A DNA stretch of 59,341 bases, counting the filler. It is 4 parts of 4 records of this genome, joined end to end, with 100 filler letters (N's around TTAATTAATTAA, not from the genome) between each part and the next. Parts side by side here need not be neighbours in the genome. Positions count along the whole stretch, not along the records: positions 1 to 12,671 come from DRR723986_10616; 3 more parts are not named here. One strand, written 5' to 3'. The position numbers and the translations under genes were made by a program. Under the pieces are notes generated by a model. The model worked only from the letters and a program-made list of their open reading frames with translations, made no database searches and was not told the origin of the DNA. Below, one piece after another: positions 1 through 9,896 of this stretch (its first letter is position 1; every line of letters begins with the position of its first letter).

Positions 1-30
1 TCAGCGGTTCGATCCCGCTTAGCTCCACCA
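1..30 (+). tRNA. tRNA-Ala(GGC), 3' part (truncated by window start)
   Basis: TCAGCGGTTCGATCCCGCTTAGCTCCACCA gives the T-arm, acceptor strand and CCA, matching the gammaproteobacterial tRNA-Ala(GGC) 3' end; the anticodon is outside the window. Confidence 0.9.
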
Positions 31-54
31 AATACGCCTGAATTCCAGGTGCTT

Positions 55-83
55 AAAAGGGTCGCAGTGATGCGGCCCTTTTT
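55..83 (+). terminator. Rho-independent terminator after tRNA
   Basis: AAAAGGGTCGCA-GTGA-TGCGGCCCTTTTT hairpin followed by a U-tract. Confidence 0.85.
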
Positions 84-329
84 CGTTTTCGGCGAAGGGA
101 TCACCGGGCGAGGCTACAAGAAAAGGGGTGTCCCACCGACTTATTTGGCGACAGTCTTAGCAATCCACGAAATGACGGTAGGCAACCGCTTGGTGAAATG
201 GGGCATGGTCGGTTGGGGAATGTCTTAGTGCCCGCTCGGCTAGCATCACTGCCTCGCTGACGGCGGCTGCCAGGGGTTCCGCCGTTGGGTCAACGCGGTC
301 ATCGCAGCCTGGATGATGTGACCGAACAA

Positions 330-1085
330 CTAGGCGAAAGGTCCCGCCTTGAGGGTGGCTGCGACTTCAGCCAGCACCTTCGGATTCAGTGCAAATGCTA
401 CATGACTGGAATCTACCTGCACATGGCGCGTTAGCGGTGATTCCGGCAGGCGTGCGATATCCGTGCCCACGATGCCATCGCGCGCACTGTAAATAACGCT
501 CGTCGGCACTGCAGGTGCCGCGGCCTTATCCAGCCAGCCACCAAAATCCTGAGCCTCAATAGGCACGTCGCTCCCGCTCAGGCGCCGCATTACCGTGAAC
601 AGGCTGGTACCGCGCGGGTCGCCGAAGGGCGAACCCAGGGTGATTACCTGACGGGTGATATCCGGTAAGTGCCGGGAAGCATCCAGTGCATAGAGACCGC
701 CCATACTCCAACCGATCAGGCTTACCGTCTCATTGGTCATCGTCTGAATCTCGCGAATGCGCTGCACGGTGACATCAACCAGTCGCTCGCGGAAGCGGGT
801 GGCATCATCCACGCTGCGAATGCGGTTTTCCATGCCTTCAACGTTACGACCCGCGTCCAGCGCAAAAGGACGATAGCCGATGCCCTTGAGGAACAGGCGC
901 AGCACCGCCGTAGAGCCGTCTGCGGCGCCATAGCCTGGCAATACCAGTACGGGGTGTCCGTCTCCGCCGCGATGACGGCGTATCAGGCGGCCCAGGCCTG
1001 AGGCCAGGCTGAGGCTCTCAACGGTTGCCCGCGGGAGCTCGGAAAGCGCGAGCTGCAGCGGTGGTGGGGTAGGCAATGCGTTCAT
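330..1085 (-). CDS. alpha/beta-fold hydrolase (lipase/esterase, PGAP1-like)
   Basis: PVLVLPGY oxyanion region, GWSMGG nucleophile elbow, DGIV Asp and SSH His. Confidence 0.85.
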   Translation of the reverse strand: MNALPTPPPLQLALSELPRATVESLSLASGLGRLIRRHRGGDGHPVLVLPGYGAADGSTAVLRLFLKGIGYRPFALDAGRNVEGMENRIRSVDDATRFRERLVDVTVQRIREIQTMTNETVSLIGWSMGGLYALDASRHLPDITRQVITLGSPFGDPRGTSLFTVMRRLSGSDVPIEAQDFGGWLDKAAAPAVPTSVIYSARDGIVGTDIARLPESPLTRHVQVDSSHVAFALNPKVLAEVAATLKAGPFA

Positions 1086-1186
1086 AATTCAAGCTCTGGA
1101 TTCAGTGGAACAACAACGACCGGGGTCAAAGCAACAAGCCTCGGGGGAGAGACGGACTTGTCATGCCGAATCTCCTCCAGGGTGAT

Positions 1187-1364
1187 GCCAAGCAGAGAGG
1201 CTGCCCGGCGGGTACCCGGCCCTCAGGTAACGAGCGCTTGCTGGCCGGCTCACATCCTGGTCACGTTCCTTCTACGCACACAGCTAGCCATGTGGATCAG
1301 AGCCTGGGCTTTGCTCCGGGCAGGGCCTTTAAACACCTCGACCGAGAGCCTCTCGCGCTCTGGC
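1187..1364 (-). ncRNA. candidate structured RNA or 5' leader (unassigned family)
   Basis: Nested complementary segments: 1195-1201/1348-1354, 1201-1208/1316-1323, 1247-1251/1300-1304, and hairpin 1277-1294, which needs G-U pairs available only on the minus strand; sigma70-like TTAACA-16-TACCAT just upstream. Confidence 0.4.
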
Positions 1365-1469
1365 TATGGTAAAATTTGCAGTCGTTTTGTTAATGCGCTG
1401 GCGCTTCCGTTTGAGTCTTTTGTTCGGTACGCAAGCCAGCTCGTCCAGCCAACACCAGGGACACAGCGA

Positions 1470-2846
1470 GTGAGTATATTTCGTCAACTGGAAGCACTTT
1501 TGGGGCCGGGGGGCATGTTGTCCTCGGAGGAAGCCGGCGAGCGAGCGGCCGGGGTCTGGCGGAGCGATGCGGTCACGGCGATGGGCATTGCCAGGCCGCG
1601 GACCACGGCGGAACTCAGCCAGGTGCTGGCACTGTGCGATGAGCACAACGTCACCGTTGTCACCCATGGCGGGCTGACCGGGCTCGTGCATGGTGCTGAT
1701 GCGCGACCGGGAGACCTTGTTGTATCACTCGAGCGTATGCGGGAGATCGAACAGATTGATCCCGTGCAGCGTACCGCGACCGTACAGGCGGGCGTAACCT
1801 TGCAGGCACTGCAAGAGGCCGCCGATGCGGTCGGCCTGGCGTTTCCCCTGGACCTCGGTGGCCGTGGTACCGCAACCCTGGGTGGGAACGCCGCCACCAA
1901 TGCCGGCGGTAACCGGGTGATACGTTACGGCATGATGCGCGATATGGTGCTTGGCCTGGAGGTCGTGCTCCCGGATGGCCAGGTGGTTTCCTCCCTGAAC
2001 CGCCTGATCAAGAATAATGCCGGCTATGACCTGAAGCAGATGTTCATTGGCTCCGAGGGAACGCTCGGCATCATTACCCGGCTGGTGCTGCGTTTGCGTG
2101 AGAAACCCCTCACCAGAAATATGGCATTGGTGGCGACCAATGAGTTCAGCAATGTTGCCGCCCTGCTCAAGCATATGGATCGCGGCCTGGGTGGCACCCT
2201 GTCGGCCTTCGAGGTCCTGTGGCAGAATTTCTACAGCCTGGTAACGCAACCACCGGCCTCCGGGCGGCCACCACTTGGCCAGGAGTACAATTTTTTCGCG
2301 TTGATTGAGGCCCAGGGGGCCGCCCCGGAGCAGGATGCGTCCCGTTTTCAGGCGGTGCTGGAGCAGGCGATGGAAGCGGGTCTGATCGAGGATGCCGCGT
2401 TGTCGCAGAGTGAGCAGGATTGCCAGGATTTCTGGGGACTGCGCGATGACGTCGAGCAGACTTTTCGTACCGGGGAGCCGGTTATCTTTGATGTCTCCCT
2501 GCCTATTGCCGATATGGCCGACTACACCCAGCAAGTCCGGCAGGACCTGGAGGGCGAACTACCGGGTTCGCAGTGCTGGATTTTTGGTCACCTGGGCGAC
2601 GGTAATCTACACCTCGTTGTGCAGACCGGCTCAGGCGATGCGCCACAGCACAGGCAGGTGATTGAGCGCTGCGTCTACACACCACTTCAGTCAATCGGTG
2701 GTTCCATCTCCGCCGAGCATGGCATCGGCCTGGAGAAAAAGCCCTATCTGTCGATATCCCGCTCCGAAGCGGAGATCGCGCTGATGCGCCGACTCAAGGC
2801 CGCGCTGGACCCCAAGGGCCTGATGAATCCGGGAAAGATTTTCTAG
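1470..2846 (+). CDS. FAD-binding oxidoreductase (GlcD/D-2-hydroxyglutarate dehydrogenase family)
   Basis: GGLTGLVHG, GGNAATNAGG, KNNAGYDL, GSEGTLGII, GHLGDGNLH, SAEHGIG, DPKGLMNPGK; GTG start chosen at 1470. Confidence 0.92.
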   Translation: MSIFRQLEALLGPGGMLSSEEAGERAAGVWRSDAVTAMGIARPRTTAELSQVLALCDEHNVTVVTHGGLTGLVHGADARPGDLVVSLERMREIEQIDPVQRTATVQAGVTLQALQEAADAVGLAFPLDLGGRGTATLGGNAATNAGGNRVIRYGMMRDMVLGLEVVLPDGQVVSSLNRLIKNNAGYDLKQMFIGSEGTLGIITRLVLRLREKPLTRNMALVATNEFSNVAALLKHMDRGLGGTLSAFEVLWQNFYSLVTQPPASGRPPLGQEYNFFALIEAQGAAPEQDASRFQAVLEQAMEAGLIEDAALSQSEQDCQDFWGLRDDVEQTFRTGEPVIFDVSLPIADMADYTQQVRQDLEGELPGSQCWIFGHLGDGNLHLVVQTGSGDAPQHRQVIERCVYTPLQSIGGSISAEHGIGLEKKPYLSISRSEAEIALMRRLKAALDPKGLMNPGKIF

Positions 2847-3111
2847 CGCTAGGGGCAAAACGCTGATCGTCCTCTGACTGGGCGATTGTGATAGCCGCGT
2901 GGCGAGTACGCCGAAGCGAGAGAGGGTACTACCACTTCGAACTGTGTACTGATTCTGGTGAGGCACACAGGGGTCGGGTTTCTCTGGTCGGCGAGTGATA
3001 GCCGTCCTTAGCCGATTTCTGCGACTTCTGAACCGGGAGCCTATCCCTGTATATTGTCTGCCATCCGGGTGGCATTCGCACTTGAGAGCACGTTTCATCA
3101 CAGGAGGTTAC

Positions 3112-3300
3112 ATGCTTAGGATTGCAGGAGGTGTAGCGCTGGGGCTGGCAATATTCGCACTGCTTTACGTAGCGGCGCTCAAACTCAGGCAGATGATAGC
3201 GGATGAAGAAGCCGATAACCCGGGCGCGCTTACCGTCATCCTGATTGTCATCGTCGGTTCTATTGTTACCTACTTCCTCGCCACGGAAGTCCTCGGGTGA
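3112..3300 (+). CDS. small two-TM membrane protein (62 aa)
   Basis: AGGAGG SD before ATG 3112; two hydrophobic helices; stop overlaps the next GTG start. Confidence 0.7.
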   Translation: MLRIAGGVALGLAIFALLYVAALKLRQMIADEEADNPGALTVILIVIVGSIVTYFLATEVLG

Positions 3301-4883
3301 CGCCTATCGCTGTGCCGAGCCGGTTTTTGCCTGGTATCTTCGCTGGCCTGCTGTGCCTGTTTCTTGCGTCCTGCAGCAAGTCGCCGCAACCCGGGTCGGC
3401 CCTGGTCTGGGGCGGCCCCGAGGGGCTGCCAGCGGCGCCTGCAACGGGGCCGCATTATGCGCAGACCGCCTGGGCCACGGTGCACCGCGACTCGGCGAAC
3501 TCTGATTATGTGCCGCTGAACCCAACCGCCAATGTTGAAATGCACTGGACCGCGCTGGAGGGTGCCGCGCTGCTGGTCGGCCCGATCATCGGCCCGGAGG
3601 GTAACCTGTACGTGCCCAGTGGGCGAGGGCAGGGCTACAGCCATCTGCACGCCTACAACAGCGATGGTGCCTTGCTCTGGGAAGCGCCGCTTATGGCCGA
3701 TGAACAGGACTTTGACTACGCCGCGGTCGTCTGCGCGCCGATCGTGGACCGCGCCGGCCATTTGTACGCCGCCGACTCGAACCAGCTGTGGTCTTTTACC
3801 GCAAGCGGCGACATCCGCTGGGTAACAGACCTGCCTGAGCACGGGGTGGAAGGGTTTTTCGTCACCCCGGTATTCAGCAAGGAGGGTTTTGTTGGCGGGG
3901 TCAGCACCGATGGCAAGGTGGCTTTCTTCGACCGTGACAGTGGCGCTCTTGCAATCCCGGTGCTGGACCTCCCGGGCGTGGCGGGCCCGGCATCGCAACC
4001 GATACCTCCGGGACTGTGGCAGGGCATGTTGGCCGACGGCTTCAGGAAACCCCTGTGGGACCTGATTTATGGCCGGGAGATCGAGGTGGCCAATACGCCG
4101 GCCGTGCATCCCGAAACCGGCCGCCTCTTTATCACGGCCGGTGGCGCCACGTCCGCTGACGGCGTGCTCTATGCCATCGATACCAGTACAGAGGCGGCGA
4201 GTATTGCTTTTACCGCACCCACGGGCGCAGGCTCCGGCACCAGTCCCGCGATCTCAGCCGATGGCCGTTACGTGTATGCCATAGACGACTCTGGCGTTAT
4301 GTTTGCTGTTGAAACCGCCAGCGGCCAGCGAGCCTGGGCGGTGGCAGATACCATGGGCCAGGCCTCCCCGTCGGTCGGGCCCGATGGCACCATCTACTCC
4401 TTCAACGGCTTCGAGGGCACGATTGTCGCTGTCGATGGGCAGACAGGTACGGTGAAGTGGACGCGGCAGTATGACGATATCGCCCGGCAGCACCTGCGCT
4501 GGATTCCCGGCTTGCCGCGGGTCGCCACGGTCGATGGGTTGATCACCGTAACAGACAACGGGATATGGGCCTTTCTTGACCTTAGCTACCTGATCGGCAG
4601 TGGCGAGCAGTCTTTTCCGCAGGCGCGCAAGATCATCGTCGTACACCTGGATGACAGCTCAGGTGAGCCGCTGGGCTGGTTTGAGTCTCCCGACTCCTCG
4701 GGTGCCTTCATGGTGCCCAACGCCGATGGCAGGCTTTACCTGACCCTGTCAGGCGCCGCCACCTCCATCAGCTATTTTGGTATCAACGATCAGCTGCCCT
4801 TCTTTCTGCGCTCTGAGCTGCAGCCCCAGGGTGGCCTGGTGGCGCTGCGGCCGGTGACGTTGGCAGAGCCGGCCGATCCGTAA
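3297..4883 (+). CDS. PQQ-like beta-propeller lipoprotein
   Basis: LASC lipobox; repeated D/T-G-x-x-x-W blade motifs (DGALLW, SGDIRW, SGQRAW, TGTVKW). Confidence 0.8.
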   Translation: MTPIAVPSRFLPGIFAGLLCLFLASCSKSPQPGSALVWGGPEGLPAAPATGPHYAQTAWATVHRDSANSDYVPLNPTANVEMHWTALEGAALLVGPIIGPEGNLYVPSGRGQGYSHLHAYNSDGALLWEAPLMADEQDFDYAAVVCAPIVDRAGHLYAADSNQLWSFTASGDIRWVTDLPEHGVEGFFVTPVFSKEGFVGGVSTDGKVAFFDRDSGALAIPVLDLPGVAGPASQPIPPGLWQGMLADGFRKPLWDLIYGREIEVANTPAVHPETGRLFITAGGATSADGVLYAIDTSTEAASIAFTAPTGAGSGTSPAISADGRYVYAIDDSGVMFAVETASGQRAWAVADTMGQASPSVGPDGTIYSFNGFEGTIVAVDGQTGTVKWTRQYDDIARQHLRWIPGLPRVATVDGLITVTDNGIWAFLDLSYLIGSGEQSFPQARKIIVVHLDDSSGEPLGWFESPDSSGAFMVPNADGRLYLTLSGAATSISYFGINDQLPFFLRSELQPQGGLVALRPVTLAEPADP

Positions 4884-4945
4884 TGCGCCCGCGCCTGGCG
4901 GGCAGGTCGATCTGAAGCCGGGGGCGGCTGTGATGCCCCCGATGC

Positions 4946-5842
4946 CTAGGGCTCAAGCGCTTCCGAGAAGGTGCTGCTCAAGCGCCAGTTGATAACCCGC
5001 AGGGCGACACCGCCGCTGACCTGCTGTCGATCAGCCAGGGCCAGCAGGTCGTTGAAGCTCACCCGCACATTGCCTTCCTTGTCCTGCCAGATCAGCAGCT
5101 TCTGGCAGAAGGCATCCAGGCCCAGGGTCGGTGCCGCCTCCATCGCCTTGCCGCCGGGCCCGGGGCCGCCGAACAGGATCATCCGCATCGGGGGCAGGGT
5201 GACGCCGTGCTCGCTTGACCGCTCGGCGAAATCGACGATGCCGAAGTGCACCGTATCCGACTGCGCATCGATAGCCTCCATGAGTCGTTGTTCCGTGGTC
5301 GCAAAGTCATGCGGGCTGTTGAGGGTGATTATTCCGGAGTCCGGCATGGAGTCCGTGGGAAAGTTGGCGATAGCGTCCGCGGGTATGCCTTGCATCGCGC
5401 TGTTAATGGCTCCTTCGTAACGGTCGCGCAGTTCTCCTTCTGCCGGCAAGCCGTAGCGGTTGACGAGGAAATCATAGCGGTTGGCGATGACCGCAGCCTT
5501 GCCGGAATCCTGGCTTTCATATGCGAGCGCGCGCAGGGGCAGGTCGATGGCGGCGAGTGGCGCTGCTGCGAGGATCGCGGCTTCAAGCTCGGGGTCAGAC
5601 CAGATCAGCACATGCGCGGGTGGCATCGACGACCCTGCTTCCGTGGCCAGGCGAGAGTGATCGATCTCGGTAATCACCTCGAATGCCGGGTTGGCCCCGA
5701 CATTGGTCTCCAGTTGCTGGAACAGCTGGTCAGGTCCGGCATACCGGCTTTCCGCGACTGGCTCGGGCTCGCCAGAACAGGCGCTGAGTAACAGCAGCGC
5801 GAAGCCCGTGCCCAGGAATGTGTTAGCTGCGATTCGATTCAT
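4946..5842 (-). CDS. tandem DUF302-domain lipoprotein
   Basis: LSAC lipobox; IDH...PLAAIDLPLRAL and second VDF...PTLGLDAFCQKLLIWQD repeats typical of DUF302. Confidence 0.75.
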   Translation of the reverse strand: MNRIAANTFLGTGFALLLLSACSGEPEPVAESRYAGPDQLFQQLETNVGANPAFEVITEIDHSRLATEAGSSMPPAHVLIWSDPELEAAILAAAPLAAIDLPLRALAYESQDSGKAAVIANRYDFLVNRYGLPAEGELRDRYEGAINSAMQGIPADAIANFPTDSMPDSGIITLNSPHDFATTEQRLMEAIDAQSDTVHFGIVDFAERSSEHGVTLPPMRMILFGGPGPGGKAMEAAPTLGLDAFCQKLLIWQDKEGNVRVSFNDLLALADRQQVSGGVALRVINWRLSSTFSEALEP

Positions 5843-5894
5843 AAGGGTTCACCTTGCGTTTTCCCAATTCCAAATAAGTAACGTGTGTTAACTA

Positions 5895-6869
5895 TCAAAG
5901 CCCGGTGTAAGCACCTGTGACCCAGTCAATCACCATGGCGGCGAATGCCTCGTGCTTGTCCTGGAAGGCGAAATGACCGCAGTTCTCGAACACGGTGACC
6001 CGGCTCCTCGGCAGGCGCTCGCCAAGCCGATGCGCGTTGTCCTCCAGCAGGTAGACATCCCTCTCGCCCCAGAACACCTGAACCGGCAATTGCAGTTGCT
6101 CGAGGTACGGGTCGACCTGGGCGATGTTCGCGTCGTAATCCTTGAACCAGTGGGACGAGATGGTGTCGATCCGGCCTCGGTAGGACTTCGAGTAATCCTC
6201 CACCTCCGCCGCGCTGGGGCGGTAGTGCAGGCAGCCGAGGCGATAGCCCGCCTCCACAAAGGTATGTGCGCCGGTGATCTTGAACACCAGGCGCCAGAAT
6301 CCTGATTCGACCAGCTTGCTGATGATGCTGCCATTTGCGCTGGGTGCAATGCCCGGTCCGTCACCGATTAGCAGGCTGGCGGCCTTGTGCTGGCAGTGGG
6401 TCGCATAGTACAGGGCGGTGGGCATGCCGACGTCCGGCCCTACGATGTGCACCTGTTCGAGGCCCAGTTCGTTGATGAATGCCTCAAGGAACTCGCCCTG
6501 GGCCTTGAAGGACATGAACTCGGCGCCGCCTTCGCTACGCCCGAAGCCTGGGATATCCAGGGCAACCAACCGGCAATGCTCCGCCAGGGTATTCCAGATC
6601 AAGTCATAGCAAAGAATGCTCTGAGGCAGCGGGCTGAGCAGGAGCACGGTCGGGCCATCCTGCCGGCCGCCTTCGGCAACACGCACCCTCGTACCCGCAA
6701 TAGTGCGCATTTCGGGCTGCATCGAAAAACTGACGGGGCGGCATTCGACCCGACCGGCCTTGGGGTTGCTGCGATGAGCCTTGATTTCGGGCCACTCGGG
6801 CGTGACCAGCAGGGCTACGGCCGCATTGAGTCTATCCAGCCAGGTGATTGGGTCTTTGATCTGGGACAT
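5895..6869 (-). CDS. alpha/beta hydrolase (epoxide hydrolase/dehalogenase-like)
   Basis: DIPGFGRS, GPDVG Asp nucleophile elbow, WGERD, CGHF. Confidence 0.85.
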   Translation of the reverse strand: MSQIKDPITWLDRLNAAVALLVTPEWPEIKAHRSNPKAGRVECRPVSFSMQPEMRTIAGTRVRVAEGGRQDGPTVLLLSPLPQSILCYDLIWNTLAEHCRLVALDIPGFGRSEGGAEFMSFKAQGEFLEAFINELGLEQVHIVGPDVGMPTALYYATHCQHKAASLLIGDGPGIAPSANGSIISKLVESGFWRLVFKITGAHTFVEAGYRLGCLHYRPSAAEVEDYSKSYRGRIDTISSHWFKDYDANIAQVDPYLEQLQLPVQVFWGERDVYLLEDNAHRLGERLPRSRVTVFENCGHFAFQDKHEAFAAMVIDWVTGAYTGL

Positions 6870-6914
6870 CGGCTCTCCAGCGCATTCAGCGCGTGCTGTG
6901 ATCAGTATGTCGGG

Positions 6915-8072
6915 TCACTGTTTCGGCCCGAAAAATATTTCGCTTAGCAGCAATACTACAGCGGCGCCGGCCAGTAGCTGCAGGTTGCCGATCGGTTCGG
7001 CGCCGCCATCAAGCGTGGCATTCACCGCAATACCCGCCGCAGCCAGCAGGCACAGGATCAGCGGCAGGTCCATGGCGCTACGCCCGTTGGCGACGTTGCC
7101 GGCCGCTGCAATGACCGTGTGGGCAGTCAGACCCAGGGCCCAGGCCCAGGGCAACAGCTGCACGCGCTCCTGCGTTCCGGGGGCCAGCACCAGTTGCAGA
7201 TTCTCGCCCAGGCCAACCGCGGTGGCGATCACTGCCATGACCAGCACGATATGGGTATAGACCCAGATCAGTGAACTCTTCCCGGAACGGTGCAGGGCCG
7301 CGCCATCGAGGCGCGCGAAGTAGACCCACCAGAAACTGAAGATCGGCAGCAGACCCAGCATGGCGACCCCGAACATCTGCAGGCTGAGGTGACCCTGCTC
7401 AGCCACGTGGGCCAGCGCCACGAAGCTCTCGCCGAAGGAGAGGGTGGTGAACAGGCCCATGCGCTCGGGAATGTGATGGGTATTGACCGCGCCGATTGAG
7501 CGGGTGAGTACCAGATACAGCGGCGGGGTCAGTTGCAGCAGCGCGGTGGCGGCTACCAGCACCAGGCGCTGGTCGGCGTTGTCTATCCACAGGCCGCAGA
7601 CCAGGGGCAGGAGCGAGAAACTGAAGCCAATGGCATAGGGCCCGGTGATGCTGCGCGCCTCGGGTACATGCCAGCCCGCGTACAGGTTCGCAAGAATTGT
7701 GATACCGCGCAGGGCACAGTAGCAGGCAACGAATACCGGGAAGTCTTCCCCGCGCCAGTCGTGCAGCGAAGCGATGGCCACGACGAGTGCCATCTGCAGC
7801 AGGGCGACCAGCCGATGCAACAGGTCGTCACTTTCGAATCGGTCGGTGTAGAACGTGTGTCCGATCCACGCCCAGTAAAGCAGAACAAAAATGAGGATGA
7901 ACTCGACGAGGCCGCCCACGCCAACACCGCTGCCGAGTGAGTGTGCGGTTGAGGCGACAGCGACCACGAAAGCGAGGTCGAAGAAGAGTTCTGTCCAGCT
8001 TGCCTTGCGCTCGTCACCCGGGGCGACGAGCGCAGGTTTGCGGAAAGCGGCTGCGAACCGGGGATGGCTCAC
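6915..8072 (-). CDS. ltrA: low temperature requirement protein A family membrane protein
   Basis: RKASWTELFFDLAFVVAV and HIPERMGLFTTLSFGE signatures; multiple TM helices. Confidence 0.9.
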   Translation of the reverse strand: MSHPRFAAAFRKPALVAPGDERKASWTELFFDLAFVVAVASTAHSLGSGVGVGGLVEFILIFVLLYWAWIGHTFYTDRFESDDLLHRLVALLQMALVVAIASLHDWRGEDFPVFVACYCALRGITILANLYAGWHVPEARSITGPYAIGFSFSLLPLVCGLWIDNADQRLVLVAATALLQLTPPLYLVLTRSIGAVNTHHIPERMGLFTTLSFGESFVALAHVAEQGHLSLQMFGVAMLGLLPIFSFWWVYFARLDGAALHRSGKSSLIWVYTHIVLVMAVIATAVGLGENLQLVLAPGTQERVQLLPWAWALGLTAHTVIAAAGNVANGRSAMDLPLILCLLAAAGIAVNATLDGGAEPIGNLQLLAGAAVVLLLSEIFFGPKQ

Positions 8073-8089
8073 GACTAAGATCCGGCTGC

Positions 8090-9853
8090 TTACCAGTCCT
8101 GCATCTGTTCGTCGGTCAGGAAGCCATGCCAGGGGCTCCAGTTGTCCTCGACCGCCACAATACCGTTACTTTCCGCCCAGTCGTCATAAATGGCGGCCAG
8201 TTTTTTGAGGCGCTCCGGTTGTTCGTTGGCGAGGTCCCGGGTTTCGCCGGGGTCCTTGACGATGTTGTACAGGTGCCACTGTCCGTCGCCCCACATGGCG
8301 GGTCGCACGCGGATGGCCTTGTACTCGCCGCTGACCACAAAGCCGTTGCCAAACAGTTCGAAAGCCACCCACTGCTCTTCGGTGCGCGGCTGCGACCGCT
8401 TGCCTTCAAGGTAGGGGCGCATCGACACACCGGATGGCGCGTTAATTGTCCGATCCTTGAATTTTGTCATCGGGTGTTTGACGCCGGCATAGTCGAGGAT
8501 GGTGATTGGCAGATCCTTGACCGAGAGATGGTCGGCAGTCATAGCACCGGCATGGGCGAAGGCCTGGTTGGCCGGCGGGACCACGATCAGGGGCACCCGG
8601 ATGCCGCCTTCGCCGATGAACCACTTCCACCACTGCAGGGAGCCGGTGCTGGCGGAGGCCCAGCTGGTACCCATGAAGCCGAAAGCGTTGCCGCGGCCAA
8701 TGTCGCTGATTTTCGTGCTGAAGTTGGCCTCGATCCACTGCTTGGTCGCGGCGCTACCCAGGCGGCCTTCCACGTCCTGCCCCTCGGGGCCGTTGTCGGA
8801 CATGTAGATCACCAGCGTATTCTCAAGCTCACCGGTCTCGCGCAGATAGTTGAGCACGGTGCCGATATGGTAATCCTGCGATTCCATCATCGCCGAGTAG
8901 ACCGCCATGGAACGGGCCTGACGCTGCTTGGCCTCATCCGACAGCGCATCCCATTCCAGGACGAGTTTGTTGTCCTCGTAGGGAACATAGGGTGCGTCGG
9001 CGTCGATAAGGCCCATGCGCTTCTGCATTTCCCAGCGCTGGCGCCTCAGTCCGGCAAAGCCTGACTCAAGGAAATGATCCGTGTATTTGTCGACCAGGAA
9101 ACCCGGTGCCTGCAGCGGGGCGTGGGCTGTGGTGAAGGCCAGGTAGGCAAAGAACGGCTTGCCGGTGTCCCGCTCGGATTCAAGGTACTCCAGCATTTTG
9201 CCGCTCCACAGAGTGTCGGAGAAGATGCCCGTTGGACGGGTAACCGACTCGCCGTCTTCATAATACGGCTCTGTGGGGATGATGTTCTGCTTGACCAGCT
9301 CCATCACCTGGGCGTTGTGGGTGTCGATGTGGAACACACCCTGGTTCCAGTGATTCGCGCCCCCCGTGTAAATCGAGTAGCTGTGATCGAAGCCCCACTG
9401 GTGCGGGCCTTCACCTCCGTGCGCACCGCCCAGGTGCCACTTGCCGGTCATGTAGGTGCGGTAGCCACTCTCCTGAAGCAGCTCCGCAATGGTGACCGTG
9501 GTGCGTGTCAGGTAGGACTCGTAACCGGGAACGCCGTTTGCGGGCGGGTACAGGGCGTAGTCGAAGGCGGCCAGGCCGATTTCGATCGGGTCGTTGCCGG
9601 TCAACAGCATCGCCCGGGAGATCGAACACACGGGCGAGGCATGAAAGCGCGTAAAAGCGACACCCTCGCTGGCCAGGGTATCGATATTCGGGGTCTGGGT
9701 AATGGCGCCGGTAAAACCGAGATCGCCATAGCCAATGTCGTCACCGACGATAAGCAGAATATTCGGGCGCTTGTCGGCCGCCAGTGTCATTGAAGCGCTG
9801 AAGGCAGTGATCAGCGCGAAGCCCACCGCGAAGAGCGTGTTTTTTTGCCGCAT
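8090..9853 (-). CDS. secreted arylsulfatase (formylglycine-dependent)
   Basis: Signal peptide; RPNILLIVGDDIGYGD, CSISRAMLLTG, GKWHLG, SDNG, LYNIVKDPGE. Confidence 0.93.
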   Translation of the reverse strand: MRQKNTLFAVGFALITAFSASMTLAADKRPNILLIVGDDIGYGDLGFTGAITQTPNIDTLASEGVAFTRFHASPVCSISRAMLLTGNDPIEIGLAAFDYALYPPANGVPGYESYLTRTTVTIAELLQESGYRTYMTGKWHLGGAHGGEGPHQWGFDHSYSIYTGGANHWNQGVFHIDTHNAQVMELVKQNIIPTEPYYEDGESVTRPTGIFSDTLWSGKMLEYLESERDTGKPFFAYLAFTTAHAPLQAPGFLVDKYTDHFLESGFAGLRRQRWEMQKRMGLIDADAPYVPYEDNKLVLEWDALSDEAKQRQARSMAVYSAMMESQDYHIGTVLNYLRETGELENTLVIYMSDNGPEGQDVEGRLGSAATKQWIEANFSTKISDIGRGNAFGFMGTSWASASTGSLQWWKWFIGEGGIRVPLIVVPPANQAFAHAGAMTADHLSVKDLPITILDYAGVKHPMTKFKDRTINAPSGVSMRPYLEGKRSQPRTEEQWVAFELFGNGFVVSGEYKAIRVRPAMWGDGQWHLYNIVKDPGETRDLANEQPERLKKLAAIYDDWAESNGIVAVEDNWSPWHGFLTDEQMQDW

Positions 9854-9896
9854 ACCAGACTCCGGTTCTAGCAAAGTTGATCAGCTGGCTGACACA

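Noticed and set aside
1146..1230. GGAGAGAC..GTC..GCCGAA and CTCAGG resembling a glycine riboswitch
   Set aside because: The CCGAAG and P3 elements are missing, and G-U evidence favours the opposite strand
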